This document shows, piece by piece, positions 1 through 8,743 of a stretch of 64,000 nt of DNA; position 1 is the first letter of the stretch; every line of letters begins with the position of its first letter. The DNA lies in assembly GCA_965228475.1 (NCBI GenBank), contig OZ245817.1, positions 160,001 through 224,000 of the forward strand. Reading direction: 5' to 3'. The DNA is from Myxococcota bacterium. GTDB taxonomy: Bacteria > Myxococcota_A > UBA9160 > JAFDDA01. The notes under the pieces were generated by a model. It was given only the letters and a program-made list of their open reading frames with translations, was not told where the DNA came from and searched no databases. The position numbers and the translations under genes were made by a program.

Positions 1-108
1 ATGGACTGGGCTCCGGGCGGGCGAAGTGCCCGCGGGAAGGCGCTTTATAGTCCAGCGGCCGCCCGGCTGCAACGCGATTCCCCGCGGGGACAGCCGCCTC
101 GGTTGGTC

Positions 109-1590
109 TCAGGCGGTGTGGAAGAGCTCCATCAGCCTCGGGTCGACGGTGGCCGAGCGGGCGCGGTGCTTGGCCCAGTCCCGAAGCTCCTTGATGCGCT
201 CCTCGTAGGTCTCGTAGAGGGGCACGGTCTCGGTGATGGCGTTGGCGAGGTCCGCATCCGTGAGGTCCCGGCTCTCGGCGAAGGCCTTGTAGAGGGCCGC
301 GCTCACCACCTGCTCGAGCTCCGCGCCCGAGAGGCGCTCGGCCGAGTCCGCCAGCTCGTCGAGCATGAAGTGGTTCGGGTCGCGGCCCGCGCGGCGGAGG
401 TGGATGGCGAGGATCTCGAGGCGCTCGAGCTCGTTCGGGAGGTCGACGAAGAAGAGCTCGTCGAAGCGGCCGCGGCGCAGGAGTTCCGGCGGCAGGTGCG
501 TGACGTCGTTGGCCGTGGCGGCGACGAAGACCGGTGCCTTCTTCTCCGCGAGCCAGGTGAGGAAGGAGCCGAACACGCGGCTGGCCGTCGCGTCCTCGCC
601 CGAGGCGGCGAAGCCCTTCTCGATCTCGTCGATCCAGAGGATCACCGGGGCGAGCGATTCGGCCACGGCGGTCGCGGTGCGGATGACGACCTCGGGGCTC
701 TGGCTCGGGTCGCCGAAGGCGGCGGCGAGGTCGAGCCGGAGCAGCGGGAACTGCCACTCGCGGGCGACGGCCTTGGCCGAGAGCGACTTGCCGCAGCCCT
801 GAACGCCGAGCAGCAGCAGCCCGCGCGGCGTGGGCAGGCCGAACTGGCGCGCGTCCTCGTCGAAGGCGCGGCGGCGCTCGCGCAGCCAGTGCTTGAGCTC
901 GCCGAGGCCGCCGACGTCGTCGAGGCCCCCGTCGGGCTCGTGGAAGGTCAACGCCGGCGTTCGCCGCAGCGTGTTGCCCTTCTCCTTCACGATGCGCCGG
1001 ATCGCGTTCTCGTCGAGGCCGCGGGCTTCGAGGCAGGCCATGTTGAAGATGCGCACGGCCTCGCTCGCGGTCAGGCCGAGCGCGGCGCGAACGGCGGCGC
1101 CGAAGAGCGATTCGTCCGCGACCGGGAGCTTTCGCTGCTCGGCGACCTTGCGGAAGAGCGGCTCGAGCTCACGCGCGGTCGGGAGCGGGAGCGAGACGCG
1201 GGCGGCCTCGCGGTCGATCTCGAGCGGCAGTTCGACGACCGGGCCGAGCAGCACGACGGCCTGGCGCCGCTTGCCGAGCAGCGGAAGCGAATCGCGCAGG
1301 CGCCGCACGGCGGAAGCCTCCGCGAGCACGCGGTGCGCGTCGAGGACCACGAGGATGGCTGCGGCGTCCTGCTGGGCGAAGTGCTTCAGGCCTTCGTCGA
1401 GGGAGCCCGCGCCCGCGCCGCTTCCGTCGACGCCCCCGGCGAGGGACCAGGTCTGCACCGCGCGTTCGCTGGCGGTGGCCGCCGCCTGGACGGTCCGCAG
1501 GGCGCGCTCTTCCTCGACGGACTCGACGGCGATCAGCCGCCAGCCCGACTTCACGAGCAGTTCGATTTCGCGGGCGATTTCCTGGCTCAC
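109..1590 (-). CDS. AAA+ ATPase, Ycf46-like (degenerate N-terminal AAA module plus intact C-terminal AAA module)
   Basis: 493 aa; GGLGELKHWL, Walker A GVQGCGKS, Walker B WIDEIEK, ATANDVTHLPPELLRRGRFDELFFVDLP; GTG start. Confidence 0.85.
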   Translation of the reverse strand: MSQEIAREIELLVKSGWRLIAVESVEEERALRTVQAAATASERAVQTWSLAGGVDGSGAGAGSLDEGLKHFAQQDAAAILVVLDAHRVLAEASAVRRLRDSLPLLGKRRQAVVLLGPVVELPLEIDREAARVSLPLPTARELEPLFRKVAEQRKLPVADESLFGAAVRAALGLTASEAVRIFNMACLEARGLDENAIRRIVKEKGNTLRRTPALTFHEPDGGLDDVGGLGELKHWLRERRRAFDEDARQFGLPTPRGLLLLGVQGCGKSLSAKAVAREWQFPLLRLDLAAAFGDPSQSPEVVIRTATAVAESLAPVILWIDEIEKGFAASGEDATASRVFGSFLTWLAEKKAPVFVAATANDVTHLPPELLRRGRFDELFFVDLPNELERLEILAIHLRRAGRDPNHFMLDELADSAERLSGAELEQVVSAALYKAFAESRDLTDADLANAITETVPLYETYEERIKELRDWAKHRARSATVDPRLMELFHTA

Positions 1591-1649
1591 TGCGCGTCCG
1601 CCGTCACGGGGTCGAGATTCTTTCGGCTCACTGCGCGTCCGCCGTCACG
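1584..1649. repeat. 25-bp perfect direct repeat (1584-1608 and 1625-1649) duplicating the gspE stop / downstream start junction
   Basis: GGCTCACTGCGCGTCCGCCGTCACG occurs twice, separated by 16 unique nt. Confidence 0.95.
1587..1631 (-). CDS. Putative 14-aa mini-ORF (MSRKNLDPVTADAQ) bridging gspE and the AAA gene
   Basis: Its GTG overlaps the gspE TGA (GTGA); its own TGA overlaps the AAA gene GTG. Confidence 0.35.
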   Translation of the reverse strand: MSRKNLDPVTADAQ

Positions 1650-3547
1650 CGAACCACCTCTTCGAAGGTCGTGACGCCTTCGGCGAGCTTGCGCACGGCC
1701 GCTTCGCGGAGCGTCTCCATGCCCTCGATGCGGGCGCCTTCGGTGATCTCGTTCGCATCCTTGCCGGCGTTGATCAGGGCGCGCACGCGGCGCCCGACGT
1801 CGAGCATCTCGAAGACGCCGCTTCGGCCGAACAGGCCCGTGTGGCGGCAATCGACGCAGCCTTCGCCCCACTTCACGCGCAGCCGGTCGCGCCGCTCGAC
1901 GGGCACCTTGATGCCGAGGGCGTTCACCTGGTCGGGGTTCAGCGTTCCCTCGACGCCGCACCGCGGACAGACCTTGCGGACGAGCCGCTGGGCGAGGATG
2001 CCGCGCAGCACGCTCGAGAGCAGGAACCGCTCGACGCCGAGGTCGAGGAGCCGCGTCACCGCGCCCGCCGAATCCCGCGTGTGGACGGTCGAGAAGACGA
2101 GGTGGCCCGTCAGCGCGGCCTGCACCGCCATCTGCGCGGTCTCGGCATCGCGGATCTCGCCGACCATGATCACGTCGGGGTCCTGGCGCAGCATGGAGCG
2201 CAGGGCGCTCGCGAAGGTGATGTCGATCTGGGCGTTCACCTGCACCTGCGAGAGCCGCGGGTCCACCATCTCGATCGGATCCTCGATGGTGGTGATGTTG
2301 GTGTCCGGGCCCGAGAGGTAGCGGAGCGTCGAGTAGAGCGTCGTCGTCTTGCCGCTTCCGGTCGGGCCGGTCACGAGGATGAGACCCGAAGGCGAGGTCA
2401 CCCAGCGCTCGAACTGTTCGCGGTCGTGGGTGGTGAAGCCCAGGTCTTCGAGGTCGCTCAGCAGGATGGTCGGGTCGAAGATGCGAATGACGAGCTTCTC
2501 GCCGAAGGCCGTCGGCAGGCTCGCCACGCGCAGCTCGACTTCGCGGTCGCCGCGGAAGGTCTTGATGCGTCCGTCCTGGGGGCGGCGCCGCTCGGCGATG
2601 TTCATGCGGGCCATGACCTTCACGCGCGAGGAGATCGCGGCGAGCACGCTGTAGGGCACGGTCTCGATCTCGTGGAGCACGCCGTCGATCCGGAAGCGGA
2701 TGAGGGCGTCTTCCTCGCGGGGCTCGAGGTGGATGTCCGAGGCGCGCTGGTCGAAGGCGTAGTTCAGCAGGTAGTCGACGGCCGCGACGACGTACTCGTC
2801 GTCCTTGCCGTCGAGCTCGTCGTTGCTCCGGACCTCGACGAGGGCGACGAGCGCATCCGAACGGCCGGACTCGCCGAGTTCGCCGCGTGCGAGGTCGACC
2901 GACTTCCGGAAGCCGTAGACGCGGTCGATCGTGGCGAGGATGTCGCGCTTCGAGGAGACGACGTACTCGATCGGCGCCGAGACCGCCTGGCGAAGGTTCT
3001 CCCGAAGGCCCGAATCCATCGGGTCCGCCACGGCGAGGGTCACGGTCTCCCCGCGCTTGCCGACGGGCACGACGACGTGCCGCCGCGCGAACGGGCGCGA
3101 GAGCGTCTTCGAGATCAGCTCGTTGTCGAGCTGGAGCGGGTCGATCTTCAGGTACGGGAGTGAGGCTGCGCCGGCGAGGGCCTCGGCGATCAGGTCTTCG
3201 TCGATGGCGCGGTCCGGCCATTTCGGGTGCGGCGCGCCCGCGGCCGCGACGATCTCGGCCGGAGAGACGTCGTAGCGCGCGGCGGCCGGGGAGCGGACGG
3301 AGCCGATGCGGTCGCGCAGGACCCGGCTGCGCAGGGTCGCCGAGCGGACCTCGATGTCCTTGGCCTGGTCCGCGGAGAGGAGTTCGTGGGTCGTGAGGAT
3401 CCCGAGCAGGTCGAGCAGGCCGAGCGGCGGCCGGAGGTCGGGGACGTTCGGGACTTCTGCAGCTCGCGGCTGAGTTTCGGCGCTGCGAGGCTGGGCCTCG
3501 ACGCTCGCGGCCTGGGCGGGCCGCGCCTTCGGGGTGGCATCTTCCAT
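1628..3547 (-). CDS. GspE/PulE/PilB family secretion or pilus assembly ATPase
   Basis: ASDIHLEP, PQDGRI, Walker A GPTGSGKTTTLY, TIEDPIE, RQDPDVIMVGEIRD, STVHT, Zn motif CPRC..CVDC; start placed at MEDATP (uncertain). Confidence 0.92.
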   Translation of the reverse strand: MEDATPKARPAQAASVEAQPRSAETQPRAAEVPNVPDLRPPLGLLDLLGILTTHELLSADQAKDIEVRSATLRSRVLRDRIGSVRSPAAARYDVSPAEIVAAAGAPHPKWPDRAIDEDLIAEALAGAASLPYLKIDPLQLDNELISKTLSRPFARRHVVVPVGKRGETVTLAVADPMDSGLRENLRQAVSAPIEYVVSSKRDILATIDRVYGFRKSVDLARGELGESGRSDALVALVEVRSNDELDGKDDEYVVAAVDYLLNYAFDQRASDIHLEPREEDALIRFRIDGVLHEIETVPYSVLAAISSRVKVMARMNIAERRRPQDGRIKTFRGDREVELRVASLPTAFGEKLVIRIFDPTILLSDLEDLGFTTHDREQFERWVTSPSGLILVTGPTGSGKTTTLYSTLRYLSGPDTNITTIEDPIEMVDPRLSQVQVNAQIDITFASALRSMLRQDPDVIMVGEIRDAETAQMAVQAALTGHLVFSTVHTRDSAGAVTRLLDLGVERFLLSSVLRGILAQRLVRKVCPRCGVEGTLNPDQVNALGIKVPVERRDRLRVKWGEGCVDCRHTGLFGRSGVFEMLDVGRRVRALINAGKDANEITEGARIEGMETLREAAVRKLAEGVTTFEEVVRVTADAQ

Positions 3548-3727
3548 GGAGGCCGTATCGGTCGGCCTGGGGCAAAACCTGCGGCCCGGGTGGGGCCGAT
3601 TCGGCTGCCGTTCAGCGCCGGGGGGCCCGGATCCGGGCCGCTCCTGGCGGCGCCCCGGCCTCGGGGATCTGCCGGTGGGCTGCTCACGCGTTGCCGCCTC
3701 GCGTGCCAACCGCCAATCTCCGGGCCC

Positions 3728-4726
3728 ATGGCGCTGCGATTGATCGAAGCCTTCGTCCCCGAGCACCTGTGCGACGACGCCGAGGCGACCCTCCGGGAGG
3801 TGGGCGCCCACGCGGTCTGGCAGGAGCCGGGCCACCACGGCGATGCCGTGCTCCGGGCGGTGGTCGGCAGGAGCCGGAGCGGCAAGGCGCTCGATGCCCT
3901 GCACGACCGCTTCCACACGAACCCGCACTTCCGGGTGTTGGTCCTCCCCCTCGAAGCCACCCTGCCCCGGCCTCGGGCCAGCGACAGTTCGAAGGACCGC
4001 AAGGCCGTGGCCTCGGCCGCCGGCGTCTCGCGCGAGGAGATCTACGCGAAGATCAGCGACGGCGCCGTCCTCTCGACGGACTTCCTGGCCATGACCCTGC
4101 TCTCGACGATCGTGGCCGCCATCGGGCTGGTCACCAACAACGTCGCCGCGGTGATCGGCGCGATGGTGGTGGCGCCGCTGCTCGGTCCGAACGTGGCCCT
4201 CGCCCTCGGCCTCACGCTCGGCGACCGCGAGCTCACCCGGGCGGCGATGCGCACGAACCTCGCGGGGGTCACCCTCGCGTTCGGTACCGCCTTCCTGGCC
4301 GGCTTCTTCTTCACGGTCGACCCGAACGTCCCGGAGCTCGCCGCGCGGACGCGCGTCGGCCTGCTCGACCTCCTGCTCGCCCTCGCCGCCGGCTGCGCCG
4401 GCGCTCTCGCCTACACGAGCGGCGCGCCCACCTATCTGATCGGCGTGATGGTCGCCGTCGCGATCCTGCCCCCCACCGTCGCGAGCGGCCTGTTCTTCGG
4501 CAACGGCCTGTGGCGCGAAGGGACGGGGGCGATCGCGCTCGTCGCGGCGAACGTCGCCGGCCTGAACCTCGTCAGCATGGCGACGCTGATCGCCAAGGGC
4601 ATGCGGCCGCGGTACTGGTGGCAGGCCGAACGCGCCAAGGCGAGCGCGCGCCGCGGCCTCGTCGGCTGGCTGGTCCTGCTCGTCCTGTTGGTCGCGGCGG
4701 TGCTGCTCTCGCGCCGCTTTGGCTGA
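3728..4726 (+). CDS. TIGR00341/DUF389 family membrane protein
   Basis: AAVIGAMVVAPLLGP, GVMVAVAILPP, multiple TM helices; start MALRLIE. Confidence 0.85.
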   Translation: MALRLIEAFVPEHLCDDAEATLREVGAHAVWQEPGHHGDAVLRAVVGRSRSGKALDALHDRFHTNPHFRVLVLPLEATLPRPRASDSSKDRKAVASAAGVSREEIYAKISDGAVLSTDFLAMTLLSTIVAAIGLVTNNVAAVIGAMVVAPLLGPNVALALGLTLGDRELTRAAMRTNLAGVTLAFGTAFLAGFFFTVDPNVPELAARTRVGLLDLLLALAAGCAGALAYTSGAPTYLIGVMVAVAILPPTVASGLFFGNGLWREGTGAIALVAANVAGLNLVSMATLIAKGMRPRYWWQAERAKASARRGLVGWLVLLVLLVAAVLLSRRFG

Positions 4727-4742
4727 GTTCGGCTGAGCTGCT

Positions 4743-5024
4743 TCAGACCGCCGGTGCGATCTGCGCTCGCGCTTCGAGCCGCTTGAGTCGTCCGAGCAGG
4801 GACTGCGTGTGCCCCGGGACGTCCTCGATCCGCAGGGCGTGGAGCTCCGTCGGCAGGATGCCCTTCACCACGCCGCGCATCTGACGCGGGCTCACGGACT
4901 CGGAGTCGAAGCCCGCTTCCTTCAACGCGAGCCGCACCGTTCCCCGCGCCGCGCGCCGGTCCAGTCCCGTCGAGCGTTCCAGGTGATCACAGACGAGTGT
5001 GAAGGCTGCTGCGTCGCTCACCAC
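4743..5024 (-). CDS. Hypothetical protein (93 aa)
   Basis: GGAG RBS; motif ARGTVRLALKEAG; fills the gap between neighbouring genes. Confidence 0.6.
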   Translation of the reverse strand: MVSDAAAFTLVCDHLERSTGLDRRAARGTVRLALKEAGFDSESVSPRQMRGVVKGILPTELHALRIEDVPGHTQSLLGRLKRLEARAQIAPAV

Positions 5025-5142
5025 GTCTCCAAGCGTCCGACCAGAATGGGTCTGCGCCCGGCTGGGTTCCTCCTGTGCGTTCGGTCACGCGGCGCTGTAG
5101 CTTGAGGCCCTCGGGTGTTCCCCCGAGCCCGATCCGGATCCC

Positions 5143-6585
5143 ATGAGTCAGCCTGCCACGGTCCATGCACTCTCCGACGTCCCTTCCTTCGCGGACGAGG
5201 CCGACGTCGTGGTGGTCGGCCTCGGCTGTGCCGGAGCGAGTGCCGCGCTCGAAGCGGCCCAGGCCGGCCGTCGCGTGCTCGTGCTCGAGCGCGCGGGCGC
5301 CGGGGGCGGCACCTCGGCGCTCTCGGGGGGCCTGATCTACCTCGGCGGAGGGACGCGCGTGCAGCGAGCGTGCGGCTTCGAGGACGACGCCGAGAGTCTC
5401 GCGCGCTTCCTGCAGGCGGCCTGCGGGCCCGCTCCGGACGAAGCCAAGATCGCGGACTTCGCGGAGGGCGCGGTCGCGCACTTCGACTGGCTCGTCGCGC
5501 GCGGCGTCCCCTTCCGCGAGAGCTTCTACCCGGGGACGGGGATCGAGCCGCCGACCGACGACGGCTTGATCTACTCGGGCGGCGAGGACGCGGAGCCCTT
5601 TCGCCGCATCGCGCGGCCCGCGCCGCGCGGCCACTGTCCGGCGCGCCCCGGGGCCGCCGGCGGGCTCCTGATGGAGTGCCTGCTCGCGGCGGTTTCGGCG
5701 GCCGCGATCCCGGTCGCGAGCGATTCCCGCGTCGTGGGGCTCGTGCAGGCCGACGACGGCCGCGTCGTCGGGGTCGCGCTGCGCCGCGCCGGCGAGACCT
5801 TCTTCCTGCGCGCCCGGGGCGGCGTCGTGCTCGCGGCGGGCGGCTTCATCCAGAACCGCGCGATGATCGAGCGCCACGCGCCCGAGCTGCTGCGCTGCAA
5901 GGTGCGGATCGGCTGCGAGGGCGACGACGGCAGCGGCATCGAGCTCGGCGCGGCCGCGGGCGGCGCCACGAAACGCATGGATGCCGGCTCGATCTCCCTG
6001 CCCTACTACCCGCCCGAGGGGCTCAAGCGCGGCGTGCTCGTGAACGCCGCCGGCCAGCGCTTCATCAACGAGGATGCGTACTACGGCCGGGTCGGCGAGC
6101 AGGCGCTGCTCCGCCAGGAGGGCCGTGTCCATCTGATCGTCGACGACGCCGTCCACGAGCGTCCGATGGCCGGCATGCCCGTCGTGGCGACGGGGGAGAC
6201 GCCGGCGGAGCTCGCGCGGGAGCTCGGCATCGCCCCGGCCGCGCTCGAAGCGACGCTCGGCTTCTACGATGCCCACGCGGCGCGCGGAGAGGATCCGCTG
6301 TTCGGAAAGCGCGCCGACTATCTGGTGCCGCTGCGCTCGCCGCCGCTCGGAGCGCTCGACTGCACCGTCGAGGGCGCGATCTACGCGGCCTTCACCCTCG
6401 GCGGCCTGTGCACGGACGTCGAAGGGCGCGTGCTCGACGAGGCGGGCACGCCGGTGCCGGGCCTCTACGCCGCGGGGCGTTCGGTCTCGGGCCTGCCTGC
6501 GCAGGGCTACGTGAGCGGTCTTTCCCTCGCCGACGGAACGTACTTCGGCCGCCGCGCGGGCCGCGCCGCGAGCCTGGCCGTCTAG
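5143..6585 (+). CDS. FAD-dependent oxidoreductase, FAD_binding_2 (3-ketosteroid dehydrogenase/fumarate reductase-like)
   Basis: VVVVGLGCAGA, GGTSALSGG, RFINED, TLGGL, PVPGLYAAG, GLSLADG. Confidence 0.85.
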   Translation: MSQPATVHALSDVPSFADEADVVVVGLGCAGASAALEAAQAGRRVLVLERAGAGGGTSALSGGLIYLGGGTRVQRACGFEDDAESLARFLQAACGPAPDEAKIADFAEGAVAHFDWLVARGVPFRESFYPGTGIEPPTDDGLIYSGGEDAEPFRRIARPAPRGHCPARPGAAGGLLMECLLAAVSAAAIPVASDSRVVGLVQADDGRVVGVALRRAGETFFLRARGGVVLAAGGFIQNRAMIERHAPELLRCKVRIGCEGDDGSGIELGAAAGGATKRMDAGSISLPYYPPEGLKRGVLVNAAGQRFINEDAYYGRVGEQALLRQEGRVHLIVDDAVHERPMAGMPVVATGETPAELARELGIAPAALEATLGFYDAHAARGEDPLFGKRADYLVPLRSPPLGALDCTVEGAIYAAFTLGGLCTDVEGRVLDEAGTPVPGLYAAGRSVSGLPAQGYVSGLSLADGTYFGRRAGRAASLAV

Positions 6586-6594
6586 AGACCGGCT

Positions 6595-7650
6595 CTAGGA
6601 GGCGTCGGCCTCGCTCCCGCCCGCGAGCTCTTCTTCGATGAGCTCGACGAAGTCTTCGACCGGTCGTGCGCCCGAGAGCCGGATCCCGTTCACGAAGAAG
6701 GCCGGGGTACCCGTCACGCCGAGGGCCCGGGCATCGGCCATGTCGCGGTCGACCACGCTCGCCGCGCGGCCGGCTGCGAGGCAGGCGTCGAAGGCCGCGA
6801 GGTCGAGTCCGGCGGTTTCGGCGGTGGCGCGGATCGTGGCGTCGTCCATGGCCCGGCCGTCGGCGAAGACCTGATCGTGGAAGGGCCAGAAGAGGTGCTG
6901 CTCGTCGGCGCACACGGAGGCCTCGGCGATGGGCCGCGCGCGCGGGTGCATGGCGAGGGGCATGTGGCGGAACACGATGCGTACCTGCTCGGGGTAGCGC
7001 TCGCGCAGGGTCTTGATCGTCGGCAGGACGCGCTGGCAGAAGGGGCAGTTGAAGTCGCTGAACTCGACGATGGTGACCGGCGCGTCCGTGGGCCCGAGGG
7101 CCGGGCCGACCGCGGCGACTTCGGCGCGCGGCGCCACGAGGGTGACCTCGACGCTCGCCGCCTCGCGCAGGCCCGCGACGTACTTCTGCCAGGCCTGCCC
7201 CCGCGTCTGCTGTGCGAGGAACTCGCGGATGCGCGGCCCGATCGTCTCGAGCGTCTGCGAGCCCATGCGCTCCTTGTTGGTTTCGAAGAAGGTCTCGACC
7301 TCGGCGTCGCTGATCGAGATCTCGCCGACGATCTCTCGCTGAAGGCCTTCGAGGTCCGTTCCACGAGCCTCGAGCTCGGCGGCGATGAGCTGGTCGTCGA
7401 TCATGCGGTCGAGGGATTCGCTCTGGAACTCGAAGAGCGCGCTTTCGTCCTTGTCCGCGGTCGCGTTCGCGTACAGCTCGTCGCGGATCCACTCCTCGAG
7501 GTCGGCCTCGCGGATCTCCCGTCCGTTCAGGGTGGCGAGGACGGCGCCCGAATCGTCGCCGGCCTCCGCTTGCTCCGAGGGTTCCGGCGGGCTGCAGGCC
7601 GCGAGGGCGACGCAGGCGAGGCTGGCGAGCAGGGTCCGAGCGAAGGGCAT
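6595..7650 (-). CDS. DsbA/thioredoxin-fold lipoprotein with SurA-like N-terminal region
   Basis: Lipobox LAAC; EFSDFNCPFC (CxxC); GVTGTPAFFVNG; GGAGG RBS before MPFART. Confidence 0.88.
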   Translation of the reverse strand: MPFARTLLASLACVALAACSPPEPSEQAEAGDDSGAVLATLNGREIREADLEEWIRDELYANATADKDESALFEFQSESLDRMIDDQLIAAELEARGTDLEGLQREIVGEISISDAEVETFFETNKERMGSQTLETIGPRIREFLAQQTRGQAWQKYVAGLREAASVEVTLVAPRAEVAAVGPALGPTDAPVTIVEFSDFNCPFCQRVLPTIKTLRERYPEQVRIVFRHMPLAMHPRARPIAEASVCADEQHLFWPFHDQVFADGRAMDDATIRATAETAGLDLAAFDACLAAGRAASVVDRDMADARALGVTGTPAFFVNGIRLSGARPVEDFVELIEEELAGGSEADAS

Positions 7651-8120
7651 GGGTTCCTCCAGGTGGCGGCGATGGGCCCCCAACCGCCGGGAATTATTCG
7701 AGAATTCCTGAGAAGGGCAAATGTTGCGTTTTCACCTCAAGTCGCCGGGCGCGACTTCCGCAAAGGAATCTGGATCGAGCAGGTGCGCATGATTCCGTGC
7801 GGCCGTCTCGTGAGGTCCGCATGAGCCACCCCCTCCGTCGCCCCGGCGCGCCCCCGGCGCAGCTGCGGCGCCAACCCATCGCTTTTTCGACTCCGCCCGG
7901 AGGTCCCGTCGGGGCCGCCGCGCGGAGTGACGCGCGCGCTCGCCACGGCCGGGCGCGGGGATCGGCAGCGCGCGCATAGAGGGAGCGCGACGTAGCACCC
8001 CCAGGCCCGCATCGGGGGTGTGCGCGCGACCGTGTTGGGGAGGGGTGGCGTCGGCTGAAAACGGCGTGGGACGGTGAGGAATTCCGGGAGGGGGAGACCG
8101 AACCATCTGGCCGGCTGGCG

Positions 8121-8312
8121 CTACCCCATTCCCCGATCCATCCGGATCCATCCCTGCCATCCGCAGGCAGACCCCCCAAGCCTTCGATCCGCAAGCGATC
8201 CGATCGAGTGTCGGCCGCGCAGGCCCACCGCCGCGCGATGCGGAAGCGTCATCGATCGGCGCGCGTAGTTCTCCCATTCCTCGTCCGCGAGGTTCATACT
8301 CTCGGGGTCCAT
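8121..8312 (-). CDS. Possible small hypothetical protein (63 aa)
   Basis: First half has GC3-rich codons (MDPESMNLADEEWENYARR); second half looks non-coding. Confidence 0.25.
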   Translation of the reverse strand: MDPESMNLADEEWENYARRSMTLPHRAAVGLRGRHSIGSLADRRLGGSACGWQGWIRMDRGMG

Positions 8313-8529
8313 CGGTGGCGAGGGCCGGGTCGTTCGGGCGGCCGGCGAGAGCCCTGAGCCCCCCGTCCGGCCGCGTCGAAGCCGGACCCCGGGAACCCAG
8401 CGTCGCGGTGCGGCGCCGGAAGCCCGCGGGATCGCCGCGCGGTTCGGAGTGAGCAGGGGCCTCCGCTCGATTGCCTCGCCTGGACTCGCTGCCGATGGAC
8501 CTTCGCTTCCCGCGAGAGCCCCGTCCCGT

Positions 8530-8697
8530 CTAGTCCGGGCGCAGCTCCGCGAACCAACGCCGCACGAAGTAGAAGGTCAGGATCCAGAAGATCCCGGCGA
8601 GGAGCGTCGGCAGCGCGACGCCTTCCGGTGCGGGCAGCATGCCCTTCACCAGCCAGGCGGAGACCGTCGCGACCGCGAACGCCATGAAGCTCGGCAT
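8530..8697 (-). CDS. Small two-TM membrane protein (55 aa), absent from the ORF track
   Basis: MPSFMAFAVATVSAWLVKGMLPAPEGVALPTLLAGIFWILTFYFVRRWFAELRPD; strong GC3 bias; 46 bp downstream of the SSS gene. Confidence 0.7.
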   Translation of the reverse strand: MPSFMAFAVATVSAWLVKGMLPAPEGVALPTLLAGIFWILTFYFVRRWFAELRPD

Positions 8698-8743
8698 GCC
8701 GACAGAATCGGACGGCGCGCGAAAGGGCTTGAGAGGGCTTCGG

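Noticed and set aside
1584..1649. Direct repeat as a mini-CRISPR
   Set aside because: Only two units with a 16-nt spacer, the repeat is coding sequence, and there are no cas genes.
6582..6598. CTAGAG-N5-CTCTAG dyad at convergent stop codons
   Set aside because: Short and largely explained by two facing TAG stops.
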